A DNA stretch of 48,885 bases from a virus (IMGVR_UViG_3300002307_000075:1-48885); one strand, 5' to 3'. Numbered from the stretch's first letter, positions 34,239 through 44,298 are shown. Translations and numbers: made by a program. Notes: generated by a model from the letters alone, not told the origin.

Positions 34239-35369
34239 ATGACTACACAAACTCAAACAAAAACATCAACTCTTAATGCTAATTTAGCAGAGTTGCCAAT
34301 TCTTAAACATTTTAATGAAAATGAAATTTCAACCAAAGTGGATACTTTCCGTAAAGGTGAAAAAAATCTTTATTGGTTCCTTAAATTAGGTGTGTTTGGT
34401 GCTATTGCATATTTAACATGGGTATATATTTTACCACCAGTATTTCAAGCACTTGGTCAAATGTTGGCAGTTGCCGCAACTGGTGTTATGATTGTTGCTT
34501 TGGTTATTGCGGCACCAGTTATTCTTACAGGTATTCGTAGAGCAACACGTTGGTTACACAAAGCCATCATACGTCAAGACCCTTTTGCTGAATTGGAATC
34601 ACAACGTGATAAGATGATTCAAAATCAAAACACATTCCGTATAGCTAAAAGCAATATCGCTCAGTTGAAACAAGATATGGAAATTGAAGCTGCTAATTCT
34701 GAAAAAGAAGCTGAAGCTGGTCAAACCAGAATTCTTACCCTTCAAGGCAAAGCTGAAAAAATTAAGGTTGACATGGATAACATGGTAAAATCCAAAGGTG
34801 TTGAAGCCAAGTCTGAGGATGAATATGTAAATAAAGCATCAGACCTTCAAAAGACCTTGGCTGAAGCACAACGTGTTGCAAATAAACTTACTCAAGCCAA
34901 AGACTTTGTTCAAAAATATGGTAGCCGTGCTGCTATAATGAAGAAGATGGGTCAAAAACTTACAATGGTTGAGACAGCCATGGAAATAAAAATATCTGAT
35001 TTTGATGCCACAGTTGAAATGTTAAAGAAAGACTTTGCATTCGGTCAAAAAGCCAATGCCGCAACATCTGCCGCTAAATCTGCATTAGGATTTACCAAAG
35101 GTTGGGAATTGGATTACGCTTTAGATGTGGTTACATCAACAATTTCTGCTGACATTGCAATAACTGCTGGAAATTTGAAGGATATAGAAACGCTTACGAG
35201 CAATTATACATTGGATTCTGATGAATTGTTTGCCAATCTTAATCAAATTGCTGACAAAATTAAAGTAGGTGATGACATCATACCTCAAGCAAAACAATAT
35301 GCTAACCCAGATTATCAACTTACATCAAGTGATAAGATGAAAGCTGGTGGTTTTGGGGATATGTTCTAA
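34239..35369 (+). CDS. Two-TM protein with long coiled coil (PspA-like)
   Basis: Hydrophobic pair followed by ~250 aa helical region. Confidence 0.65.
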   Translation: MTTQTQTKTSTLNANLAELPILKHFNENEISTKVDTFRKGEKNLYWFLKLGVFGAIAYLTWVYILPPVFQALGQMLAVAATGVMIVALVIAAPVILTGIRRATRWLHKAIIRQDPFAELESQRDKMIQNQNTFRIAKSNIAQLKQDMEIEAANSEKEAEAGQTRILTLQGKAEKIKVDMDNMVKSKGVEAKSEDEYVNKASDLQKTLAEAQRVANKLTQAKDFVQKYGSRAAIMKKMGQKLTMVETAMEIKISDFDATVEMLKKDFAFGQKANAATSAAKSALGFTKGWELDYALDVVTSTISADIAITAGNLKDIETLTSNYTLDSDELFANLNQIADKIKVGDDIIPQAKQYANPDYQLTSSDKMKAGGFGDMF

Positions 35370-35462
35370 AAAATGTGGGGAAAAATTTGGTAATATCAAA
35401 AAATTTCCCTACCTTTGTATTATTAATTTAAAAAAACTAAAAAAACAAAAAAAAAAACAAAA

Positions 35463-37277
35463 ATGGGAGTAATTCTTAAAACAAAAAAATTGACAACTTT
35501 TGCTGAAGCATTAATTTTAGTTGTCGGATTATCAGTAGTTCTTACTGTAGTTTATTATCTAGCACCAGGACTTCGTGTCGCAGTGTCCAAAAAATTGAAT
35601 GTTTTGAATATTAATTCTGACAATCTTAATAATGTGACAAAAGGTGAAAAGTTACATTTACCATCAACAACACCATCTACAAAAGTAGCAAACCAACCTC
35701 TTATGCGTATTGCTGAGTATGCTTGGAATGCTAACTCTGGTATGATTGTGGCTAATGGTGGACCAAGAACTACACAAGGTTCTCTTATGGAAGCTGCTAA
35801 TGTAAATCTTGAAATCGTTCGAATTGACGGTGTAAATGATTTACGTAACATGCAACTTAAATTCGTAGAAGAACTTAATAGTGGAAAAGCAAATCCGACT
35901 TCTGATAAATCAGCATTTGCCGTTAGCATTATGGGTGATGGTGCACCGTTCTATATTACTACCACTCAAAAATCTCTTGATGAGAAATTTGGCAAAGGTA
36001 AGTATCATGTACAAAATGCGGCACCTATTGGTTTGTCATATGGTGAAGATAAAGTTATCGGACCAAAAATTTGGAAAGACAATCCTCAATCACTTAAAGG
36101 TTCTGTAATCTCTGCTGTAATTGGTGATGGTGATTGGGTAGTTGCGATTAACTATGCATCAGCTAACAAAATTGCTGTAAATCCAGATGCTACTACTTAT
36201 GATGCTGATGCCATCAACTTCGTACCAGCACCTAACGATGACTACATAGAAGCTGTAAAAGACCTTATCAAATCTCAAAAAACTGGTTATACTATTCCTT
36301 TGAAAGAAGTTAAGAATGGTAAATTAACTGGTAAAACACTTAACCGTAAAATTGATGGTGCTGTAACGTGGACACCAGGTGATAAGATTGCATTCGATGC
36401 TCTTAGTGGATTCACTGATGTGGTTTCAACCAAAGACTTCGTTAATCAAATGGCTACTTCAATCATTGTGGTTAAAGAATGGGCTTTGCAAAATGAGAAA
36501 CAAGTTATTAATTTATTAAAACAAACGTATACTGCCTCTAATCAAATCAAACAATATGATGAGTGGGCTGTTAAAGCCTCTGAGTGTGTTGCAAAAACTT
36601 ATAATCTTGAAACACCTAAATATTGGTACGATTTGTTCAAAGGTCAAACTGGAACCAAAGACGGATTGGATTATCATATAGGTGGTTCTAAAGTATTTAA
36701 CTACGCTGATGCTATGCAATACTTTGGTATTACAGATGGTAACAATCGCTACAAAGCTGTATATAACCAAATCTCTCTTTACTTGACTGACTTGAATCCA
36801 TGTAACTTCAATGGTACTTGTAAAGAAGGTGTTGTACCTTATGAAGATGCTGTTAACTTATACTTTTTAAAATCAGTAACAGATGTAGATGCTGGTACTG
36901 CGGTTAAACAAGACTACACTCAAACCAAAACTGAAGTTATGGCGAATGGTCACTGGAACATCAACTTTGCAACTGGTAGCACAGCTATCCAAGGTTCTGA
37001 AAAAGACTTGACTGAAATCTATAACTTGCTTGTTCAAGCTGAACAAACCAAATTGAAAGTTGTAGGTCATACTGACAACAGCGGTAATTCAAATTCTAAC
37101 TTAGAATTATCCAAAGGTCGTGCTAATTCAGTTGTTGATTATTTGGTTAGCAAAGGTATCTCTAAAGACCGATTCCAAATGATTGATGGTCGTGGTGACA
37201 CTGAACCAATCGCTGATAACGGCACCGCTGCTGGTAAAGCTAAAAATCGTAGAGTAGATATTACATTGTTGAAGTAA
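35463..37277 (+). CDS. ABC substrate-binding (SsuA/THI5-like) protein fused to an OmpA-like peptidoglycan-binding domain
   Basis: N-terminal TM; C-terminal GHTD...NLELSKGRA...NRRVDI. Confidence 0.85.
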   Translation: MGVILKTKKLTTFAEALILVVGLSVVLTVVYYLAPGLRVAVSKKLNVLNINSDNLNNVTKGEKLHLPSTTPSTKVANQPLMRIAEYAWNANSGMIVANGGPRTTQGSLMEAANVNLEIVRIDGVNDLRNMQLKFVEELNSGKANPTSDKSAFAVSIMGDGAPFYITTTQKSLDEKFGKGKYHVQNAAPIGLSYGEDKVIGPKIWKDNPQSLKGSVISAVIGDGDWVVAINYASANKIAVNPDATTYDADAINFVPAPNDDYIEAVKDLIKSQKTGYTIPLKEVKNGKLTGKTLNRKIDGAVTWTPGDKIAFDALSGFTDVVSTKDFVNQMATSIIVVKEWALQNEKQVINLLKQTYTASNQIKQYDEWAVKASECVAKTYNLETPKYWYDLFKGQTGTKDGLDYHIGGSKVFNYADAMQYFGITDGNNRYKAVYNQISLYLTDLNPCNFNGTCKEGVVPYEDAVNLYFLKSVTDVDAGTAVKQDYTQTKTEVMANGHWNINFATGSTAIQGSEKDLTEIYNLLVQAEQTKLKVVGHTDNSGNSNSNLELSKGRANSVVDYLVSKGISKDRFQMIDGRGDTEPIADNGTAAGKAKNRRVDITLLK

Positions 37278-37291
37278 TCCACGTTTTAAAT

Positions 37292-37324
37292 AAAAAAACC
37301 TCTGGCTTAGGCTGGAGGTTTTTT
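37292..37324 (+). terminator. Intrinsic terminator
   Basis: AACCTCTGGC-TTAG-GCTGGAGGTTTTTT. Confidence 0.8.
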
Positions 37325-37383
37325 ATTTTAAAAATTTTGGAAATCTTAGAATTAATTAGTACCTTTGTATAAACAATAAGAAA

Positions 37384-38154
37384 ATGAAAAAAATTTTTAA
37401 ACCATTTGAAGATATAAACTCATCAAACAAAGTGACAATATTCACTGGTTGGTTTATCATCTTGATTACAATGTGGATTGCTGCTAGTTTTGGTGACACA
37501 CATCTTTTCCCAACACCCAAACAAGTTCTACACGGATTCAGTGACTTATGGAACGAGGGACTTGTAGTACACATCTTTAGTTCAATTGCTTTGTGTGCTC
37601 ACGCTGTTGTTATTTCAATTATTATCTCGTTAATGTTTGCTTACTCATCAACAATTCCTTTCTTCAAACCAATAGGTTTATTTATTACCAAGCTACGTTA
37701 TTTGCCTCTTACTGGTATAGCTTTTTACATAGCTATTCTTATCTCTGAGGCACGTTCTATTCAAGTATGGGTTCTGGTAGTATTCATGACTACATTCTTA
37801 ACTACAAGTCTTATTCAAATGATTTTGGATATTCCAGAGGAAGAAATTTCACATGCAAGAACACTAGGTTGCACTCGTTGGGAAATTCTTTGGGAAGTTG
37901 TAATCAAAGGTCGTTTTGATTATGTCTTTGAACTTGTTCGTCAAAATTTGGCTATTGTATGGATGATGCTTGTAACCGTTGAAAGTATCCTTGTTGCTGC
38001 TGGTGGATTAGGGTTCCTAATCAAAAACAATGACAAATTGGGTGACAACGGAAAAGTAATCGCTATTCAAATTATCATTGTGGTATTGGGTCTATTCTTG
38101 GACTTCGTAATTACCAAGATTCGTAAACTTATTTTCAGATACTCAAACTATTAA
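37384..38154 (+). CDS. ABC transporter permease (SsuC/TauC-like)
   Basis: Six TM segments, EAA-like ARTLG, AAGGLG. Confidence 0.9.
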   Translation: MKKIFKPFEDINSSNKVTIFTGWFIILITMWIAASFGDTHLFPTPKQVLHGFSDLWNEGLVVHIFSSIALCAHAVVISIIISLMFAYSSTIPFFKPIGLFITKLRYLPLTGIAFYIAILISEARSIQVWVLVVFMTTFLTTSLIQMILDIPEEEISHARTLGCTRWEILWEVVIKGRFDYVFELVRQNLAIVWMMLVTVESILVAAGGLGFLIKNNDKLGDNGKVIAIQIIIVVLGLFLDFVITKIRKLIFRYSNY

Positions 38155-38158
38155 TAAT

Positions 38159-38983
38159 ATGCAACAATATCAAGAATTAGACACAATACTTTACGTAGAG
38201 AATCTTTGCGTAGGATATGATGGAAAACAAATCCTAAAGGATGTCAACATCATCGAAAAAAACGTTATTAGAGAAGGTCATTCATCTACTGGCCAAGTAA
38301 TCGCTTTCATTGGTCGTTCTGGCCGTGGCAAATCAACGCTTTTCAAAGCATTGACTGGTTTGCTTAAACCAACCAGTGGTCAAGTTTTAATTACCGATTT
38401 GCGTACACAAGATGTTAATGATGCAAAGGAAATTGCTGAAGGTGATATGGGATTCGTTGACCAAAAATACACCCTATTCCGTCACAAGACGGTTGAGGAT
38501 ATTTGTCGTTATGCTATGCGTAAGTTAAATCAACCCAAATCTGAAAAAGAAGAAATCGTAACCAAGTATTTGGATGATTGGGGACTAGCTGAACATCGTA
38601 AAAAATATTCATGCGAATTGTCTGGCGGTCAACGTCAACGTACAGCAATCATTGAACAAATCCTTTCATCCAAACGTTTTATGATTTTGGATGAACCGTT
38701 TTCTGGTTTAGATGTTGGTAATATTGAAAAAGTAAAAATTGCTTTTGAACGTATCAAAGATGACAACGAATATAACACCATTATTTTTTCAACACACGAC
38801 ATTAAATTGGCTATTGAATTAGCTGACAGTATTTATATTATAGGTTTCCCAGAAGGTGTAACCAATTACAGTACGGTTGTTAAGCATTACGATTTGAAAG
38901 CCATGGGGTTGGCTTGGACTGAATACTCTGATAACCATAGAGCTGTTTATAACGATATTAAAGATTTATTGTTAAAGTCATGA
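38159..38983 (+). CDS. ABC transporter ATP-binding protein
   Basis: GRSGRGKST, LSGGQRQR, ILDEPFSGLD, STHD. Confidence 0.95.
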   Translation: MQQYQELDTILYVENLCVGYDGKQILKDVNIIEKNVIREGHSSTGQVIAFIGRSGRGKSTLFKALTGLLKPTSGQVLITDLRTQDVNDAKEIAEGDMGFVDQKYTLFRHKTVEDICRYAMRKLNQPKSEKEEIVTKYLDDWGLAEHRKKYSCELSGGQRQRTAIIEQILSSKRFMILDEPFSGLDVGNIEKVKIAFERIKDDNEYNTIIFSTHDIKLAIELADSIYIIGFPEGVTNYSTVVKHYDLKAMGLAWTEYSDNHRAVYNDIKDLLLKS

Positions 38984-39225
38984 TTAATAAATACATAGGG
39001 TTACTTTTTCATGGAGAAATTCTTGAAAGAACCAGTTGGGAAATACAATTATTTGCACCTTTAAGAAGTTTTAAAGATGGTATAACATTTTTTGAATTTA
39101 ACATAAATTGGGATAAATATAAAAGTGAACATAGCCCATCTTTTCAAATAGAGTTAACCATACTTAATTTATATAATCATTTATGGATTTATGAAAATAA
39201 TTTTGATGATGAACTTGACGATTAA
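38980..39225 (+). CDS. Hypothetical protein
   Basis: 81 aa ORF, ATGA overlap. Confidence 0.6.
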   Translation: MINKYIGLLFHGEILERTSWEIQLFAPLRSFKDGITFFEFNINWDKYKSEHSPSFQIELTILNLYNHLWIYENNFDDELDD

Positions 39226-39341
39226 GAAAAAAAATAGTATATTTGCATTCTAAGTAATATTTATTATATTGGGGTTGCCTAATAAGAACCAATCAATATA
39301 ATATATTGATTGGTTGAAACAAAATATAAACTAAATGGATA

Positions 39342-40250
39342 GTGGTGAATGTATTAAACAGGAAGACGTTGGGGACAGTTTGCTTAACGATTGCCAGCTT
39401 CCTAAACCCTTTTGGGTTCGACATTTTGGTTTACAAACTGACACAATTAACAAACGATTATTGGCATACAATGTACGTGTTATATGCTTTGGCGGTCCCA
39501 TTCTTTGGCTTGTCTTATATTTTATTTAGGAAAGGCAAAAAAACCATGGGAAATTTAACTTTAGGAATTGCAATGTTTCTTAATCCATTAGGATATGATT
39601 GGGTAGTTTATGGGGTTAATTGTTTAACACATGACTATTGGATGACGATGAGTATAATGTACATGATGGCTGGTTCTTTTTTTGTTGCATTTATGTTTTT
39701 GTACAACATAAATCCAATTAAAGCTTTTTCATATCATGCAAAAAAAACACATAAACACATAAAATTAAAAATTACAAAAATGGATAAAAGTTTTGACGAT
39801 TTATTTAATGAGTTTTTTGGAAAGAAAAACAATAAGCAAACTGACCAATTTTCTAAAATGAAAGAAGAAGCTAGAAGAATGATTAAAATGTTGGGTAAAA
39901 TTAATGAACAAAGCGGTATAATAGATGAAAATGTTGAAAACATGATGGACCAACAGTTGGGTGAACCAGATGAAATTATAACATTTAAAGATTCTGGACT
40001 TTTCTTTGAAAAAAGAATATGGCATACATCAACTGGTGACTTAATTAAAGTCATTGTAACAGATAAACCTTTTTCAAATGAAAACCCTCATTTTAATTCA
40101 ACTAAAAAAGTTGCTGAAAAATCGCTTCAACAACAATTGGATGAAGCCATCGCCAGTGAGGACTATGAGAAAGCTATACAGATTCGTGACCTTATGAATC
40201 CACCTAAGAAAAGAGGTCGACCAAAAAAATCTGAAAAAAAAGTTGACTAA
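39342..40250 (+). CDS. Repeated-TM domain plus C-terminal UVR-motif protein (possibly two fused genes)
   Basis: Two repeats FLNPxGxD...YW..M; LDEAIASEDYEKAIQIRD; possible internal start at 39780. Confidence 0.65.
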   Translation: MVNVLNRKTLGTVCLTIASFLNPFGFDILVYKLTQLTNDYWHTMYVLYALAVPFFGLSYILFRKGKKTMGNLTLGIAMFLNPLGYDWVVYGVNCLTHDYWMTMSIMYMMAGSFFVAFMFLYNINPIKAFSYHAKKTHKHIKLKITKMDKSFDDLFNEFFGKKNNKQTDQFSKMKEEARRMIKMLGKINEQSGIIDENVENMMDQQLGEPDEIITFKDSGLFFEKRIWHTSTGDLIKVIVTDKPFSNENPHFNSTKKVAEKSLQQQLDEAIASEDYEKAIQIRDLMNPPKKRGRPKKSEKKVD

Positions 40251-40387
40251 AAAATTGCAAAGTTCAAAAATTTTTTGTACCTTTACATTATAATTGGTGA
40301 TTGGGCTTAGTTAGGCAAAAATAACTAAGATAAAAATGTAGTGACGCTCGTTCCCTTACTCGCCGAAAAAAATATTTTGCAAAACAC

Positions 40388-40640
40388 TTGACAATTTAAA
40401 AAAAGTTTAGTACCTTTGCATAACTTTTATAAACAACAACATATTTATATTAAAATCGGGGAAACCCAAAAATAAAAAATAAAATGAGAACAACAACGAC
40501 ATATACAGGGAAACAGTATCCGCAAGGCAAACAAAAGCCTACAGGACTGGCTATGTCGTATAGTAATCTAAGTTAACAAGCTTAGTTTATCTGATAAAAG
40601 ACAAACCCTAGTCCTAAACCGACTAGGGTTTTTTGTTTTT
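40388..40640 (+). promoter_or_regulatory. Attenuator-like leader 4 (Thr/Tyr/Gly/Lys/Gln/Pro)
   Basis: Promoter 40388-40418, TATTTAT 40442, GGG-GAAA-CCC, leader ORF, AGGACTGG 40543-40550 complementary to CTAGTCCT 40608-40615, terminator 40603-40640. Confidence 0.82.
40484..40576 (+). CDS. Leader peptide 4 MRTTTTYTGKQYPQGKQKPTGLAMSYSNLS
   Basis: 30 codons read directly from the sequence. Confidence 0.8.
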   Translation: MRTTTTYTGKQYPQGKQKPTGLAMSYSNLS

Positions 40641-40695
40641 GGACTATCACCAAATAAAAAAAGATAAAAACGTACTTTGACATATTGGATAATAA

Positions 40696-40728
40696 CGGGG
40701 TGTGACAAAATTGGCTACGTGCTGGCCC
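40696..40728 (+). pseudogene. 5' half of a Pro-type tRNA
   Basis: CGGGGTG-TG-ACAAAATTGGCTACGT-GCTGGC, with no 3' half. Confidence 0.55.
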
Positions 40729-40792
40729 ATTTCATGCAATTGAACCAATACCAATGAAGGGTTTTCAAGGTTTTAGATATATGTCAAACATT

Positions 40793-41094
40793 AAATAAAA
40801 TGAAAAACGAAGAAGAACGTCAAAAAAACACTGTATGGGAACGATAATTTTAGTGTGGTTTATAGCTGGTATATTTACCTATTTTGGGTATATGTCTTTC
40901 TTAGAAAGAGTTGGTTTAGGCTCAGCTATTAGGAATTTGCACATACCATTATTTATTTGTTGTTTGATTGGTGGACCAGCTGGTGTTGGTGCTTGGATAG
41001 TTCAAGTTATTTATGATGTCGCTACTGGTAGATTTAAAGATAAAAAAATAAAATGAAAAACGAAGAAGAATGTCAAAAAAACACTGTATGGGAA
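40793..41094 (+). repeat. ~49-bp direct repeat (40793-40841 and 41046-41094) flanking a membrane-protein gene
   Basis: AAATAAAATGAAAAACGAAGAAGAAYGTCAAAAAAACACTGTATGGGAA occurs twice. Confidence 0.85.
40835..41056 (+). CDS. Small membrane protein
   Basis: Two hydrophobic segments. Confidence 0.65.
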   Translation: MGTIILVWFIAGIFTYFGYMSFLERVGLGSAIRNLHIPLFICCLIGGPAGVGAWIVQVIYDVATGRFKDKKIK

Positions 41095-41289
41095 AGCGAT
41101 ACAAAATTTTCAGCACATGATGTGTTTGATGATTTGAATGATAGCAAGAAAGCGATTGAGTGCTTCTATGCTGATGAATGCCCAAAAGATGAAAGTGGCA
41201 TGGTGTTATCACTCCATGATGCTGAATTACTAGCTTATGAGTATGCTAGACGACTTATTGAATTTCAAAAAAGAAATGCAACATTATGA
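41053..41289 (+). CDS. Hypothetical protein
   Basis: 78 aa ORF. Confidence 0.65.
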   Translation: MKNEEECQKNTVWESDTKFSAHDVFDDLNDSKKAIECFYADECPKDESGMVLSLHDAELLAYEYARRLIEFQKRNATL

Positions 41290-41609
41290 AATCATATCCA
41301 CATTTGAATTATTAAGGTGATAATTGGGGTCTTCCAGTCATAGCATTTGACAAGCTGGATGGTTCTAATCTTAGATTTGAATTTAGCAAGAAACGTGGTT
41401 TCTATAAATTTGGCACTAGAAATGTCATGATTGATGAGAAACATGAAGTGTTTGGTGAAGGGGTTAGTATTTTCTTGGATAAATACGCAGTTGGCCTTAG
41501 TACCGTCTTTAAATCTAAGGACTACCGAGACATTCAATCATTTGTGTGTTTTGGCGAGTTTATGGTTTAATTGAATGATTTAAGATATTTATTTGTAAAA
41601 ACGTAGAAT

Positions 41610-42866
41610 ATGCTTAAAAATCTAGTAACAAAAGCTTTGGTGGAATATCATGAAAAATCTATTATAACCGAAGTAGTAAAAGACTCTTTCAAATCAACCA
41701 TTTTTGCAATGGATGAAACCTTTTTAAAAAAATCAGCTGATTTGTTGAAATCAAATAATGTTTATAAATTTTATGAAAATTTATTTGAAACAGCTGAAAT
41801 TAAAAAAGCATTGTTGGATATATGTGTTTTAACTTTCAGCACTGAAAACACCAAATTAGGTGGTAGTGTAGTTACCTTTTCTTTACCAGCTGGTTGGTCA
41901 TGTCCTTTTGCAAAAGCATGTTTAAAGAAAGTTAATCGTGAAAGAGATATTGACCCAAAAAAAGTTGGTACTTTTAAAAAAAGTAAAAGAACAGGTCAAA
42001 ATATTCCATATAAAGGTGATGTTGTGGTTAATAAAGGTAAAGATTCTGAGTTTGATTGTTTTGCGGCCAATCAAGAAATGCAATATGATGAATTAAGGGC
42101 CAACAGATGGCACAATTATGACTTATTAAAATCTGCTGGTAAAGATGGTGGTGCTGAAGCACAAGCTGAATTGATTATTAAGTCGTTAAATTATTTTTTT
42201 GATACTGAAGGATATAAAAATGAAGTTAGAATTCACGAATCTGGTGACTTTTACAATGGTGAATATTTAAAAGCTTGGATGTTGACTGCTCAAAAAATGC
42301 CAGATGTTAAGTTTTATGCTTATACAAAATCTTTACCTTATGTTCGTTCAGTTGAAAAAGAGCTTAAAGATATTCCAAATCTTTCAATAACACTTAGTCA
42401 AGGTGGTAAACATGATGCCGATATTGATTCTTTGGATATAAAATCATCAAAAGTTTTTAACACTCCAGAAGAAATTTTAAAAGCTGGATTGATATTGGAT
42501 TTGGATGATAACTTAGCAAAAGAAAAAGGTGGCCGTGATAAAAGTTTTGGTTTAGCAGTCCACGGTACTCAAGTAGCTGGTGAAATGACTCAAAATAAAA
42601 ATAGAAATGAGACATTTATGGCTTATTGGAAATATAGAAAACAATTAAATAGAAGTTTAGGCCTACCACAGGATTCAATAATATCAGTAGAAGATGCAAA
42701 AAAAGCCTTGGAATATATTGATGAAGCATTGGCTAAACCTAATAAGCAAACTAAAATAGCCAATTTAAAATTCTTAAAAAAATTATTAAATTATGTTATA
42801 AAATATAACAAATATAATTTTGACGATAATCTTATTAAAATATTACCGTTAAAGTACAGACCTTAA
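41610..42866 (+). CDS. Gene product 88-like (radical-SAM-like) protein
   Basis: FSLPAGWSCPFAKAC, CFAA, RIHESGDF, YAYTKS; TATTTAT at 41586. Confidence 0.7.
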   Translation: MLKNLVTKALVEYHEKSIITEVVKDSFKSTIFAMDETFLKKSADLLKSNNVYKFYENLFETAEIKKALLDICVLTFSTENTKLGGSVVTFSLPAGWSCPFAKACLKKVNRERDIDPKKVGTFKKSKRTGQNIPYKGDVVVNKGKDSEFDCFAANQEMQYDELRANRWHNYDLLKSAGKDGGAEAQAELIIKSLNYFFDTEGYKNEVRIHESGDFYNGEYLKAWMLTAQKMPDVKFYAYTKSLPYVRSVEKELKDIPNLSITLSQGGKHDADIDSLDIKSSKVFNTPEEILKAGLILDLDDNLAKEKGGRDKSFGLAVHGTQVAGEMTQNKNRNETFMAYWKYRKQLNRSLGLPQDSIISVEDAKKALEYIDEALAKPNKQTKIANLKFLKKLLNYVIKYNKYNFDDNLIKILPLKYRP

Positions 42867-43101
42867 TTATCTACCTTGACCTCTGTAAGGTTTAGGTTTT
42901 TGTTCTTTAGGTCCATAATGTTTTTTGGCCAATCCTTTACCACCTTTTTTGCCAAATGTAATTTTACTACTTGAAGACCGTACATTAAATATTAGATAAA
43001 ATTGTACATTTATCTAATTCTTTAATTTCTTGTATCATCCAACCACTACTTTTTAGGGGATTCGCATCCTTGTCATCCATAGTTGGGTTGTCCTCAAGCT
43101 T

Positions 43102-44292
43102 TCATTCCATCGCTGGAACTGATTCGGGCAAACGTTGCCCTATCGTTTCATTATAAATTCTAATACCTTCTTCTTTTATATTTATCGAGGCATTTTCATC
43201 TCTATCTATAACCAAGGCACAGTTTTCACATATGTATTCTCTATCACTTAGTTTTAAATCTTTTTTTATGTTACCACAACAACTACATTTCTTCGATGAT
43301 GGAAACCACCTTTCAATAAATACAACTTCTCTACCATACCATTCTGCTTTATAGGTTATTTGTCTAACCATTTCACCTAAACCTAATTCTTGTATTGCTT
43401 TTGCTAACTTATGGTTTTTCATCATTCCTATAACATTTAAATCTTCAAGATAGATAATTTGGTTTTCGCTAACTATCTTTGTTGTAATGTTATGGAGGAA
43501 ATCTTGTTTTTTGTTTTTAATTTTATTATGAGCTTTGGCTAACTTTAACTTGGCCTTCAATCTGTTGTTGCTACCTTTTTGTTTCTTCGAAAGTTGTTTA
43601 TGTAATTTCTTTAACTTTTTCTCGTTAGAATTAATCCATCTTGGATTATCAATAGTTTCTCCGTTTGATAAAGTTAATAACGTTTTAATTCCCAAATCAA
43701 CACCAATACTTTCTCTTATCGGTTCATTAACTGTTCTTAATAAATCACCGTCAATCAAGATAGAAGCATAATATTGACCACACTTATTATTAATAATGGT
43801 TATTGATTTAATCCCACTTTTATTCTTATATAGATATTGTTTATCTCTATCTGAACATTCAAATTTCAATCCACGTATAATAGTAGTTAGATTTAACTTA
43901 GAATTAACTTCATCAAATGTTTTAGATGCAATTGCTTCCTGTGGAAATCTTACTTTTTGTACATCATGTTTTGATTTATACTTTGGAAAACCCACTTTAC
44001 GTTTATCTTTCATACCACGGAAAAAGTTTTTATATGCTTGTTCCAAATTAATTATAGATTGTTTAAGAACCTTTGTGTTATGTTCTTTTAACCATTCATA
44101 TTCATTACGTAGGTCTTGGTGAAAGAAGTGTCCTAAGTCAGATAAAGGTGTATTCTTTTTATCTGTTTCATAATTTGTTATTTTAAGATTAAGGCATTTA
44201 TTATATATAAAACGATATGAACCCAACAACTTGTTTAATGTAAGCTGTTGGTCATTATTTAAATACAATTTTATCTTAATTCCTTTTAACAT
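43102..44292 (-). CDS. tnpB: TnpB RNA-guided endonuclease
   Basis: HTH N-terminus, GVDLG, YLEDL, CSCCG...CENC, DRDENAS (RuvC D-E-D intact). Confidence 0.95.
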   Translation of the reverse strand: MLKGIKIKLYLNNDQQLTLNKLLGSYRFIYNKCLNLKITNYETDKKNTPLSDLGHFFHQDLRNEYEWLKEHNTKVLKQSIINLEQAYKNFFRGMKDKRKVGFPKYKSKHDVQKVRFPQEAIASKTFDEVNSKLNLTTIIRGLKFECSDRDKQYLYKNKSGIKSITIINNKCGQYYASILIDGDLLRTVNEPIRESIGVDLGIKTLLTLSNGETIDNPRWINSNEKKLKKLHKQLSKKQKGSNNRLKAKLKLAKAHNKIKNKKQDFLHNITTKIVSENQIIYLEDLNVIGMMKNHKLAKAIQELGLGEMVRQITYKAEWYGREVVFIERWFPSSKKCSCCGNIKKDLKLSDREYICENCALVIDRDENASINIKEEGIRIYNETIGQRLPESVPAME

Positions 44293-44298
44293 ATTTAA

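Noticed and set aside
39335-39529. Overlapping 64 aa ORF
   Set aside because: Alternative frame of the repeated-TM gene; no independent support
41292-41537. Minus-strand 81 aa ORF
   Set aside because: TTG start, no motif and no clear promoter; cannot be supported
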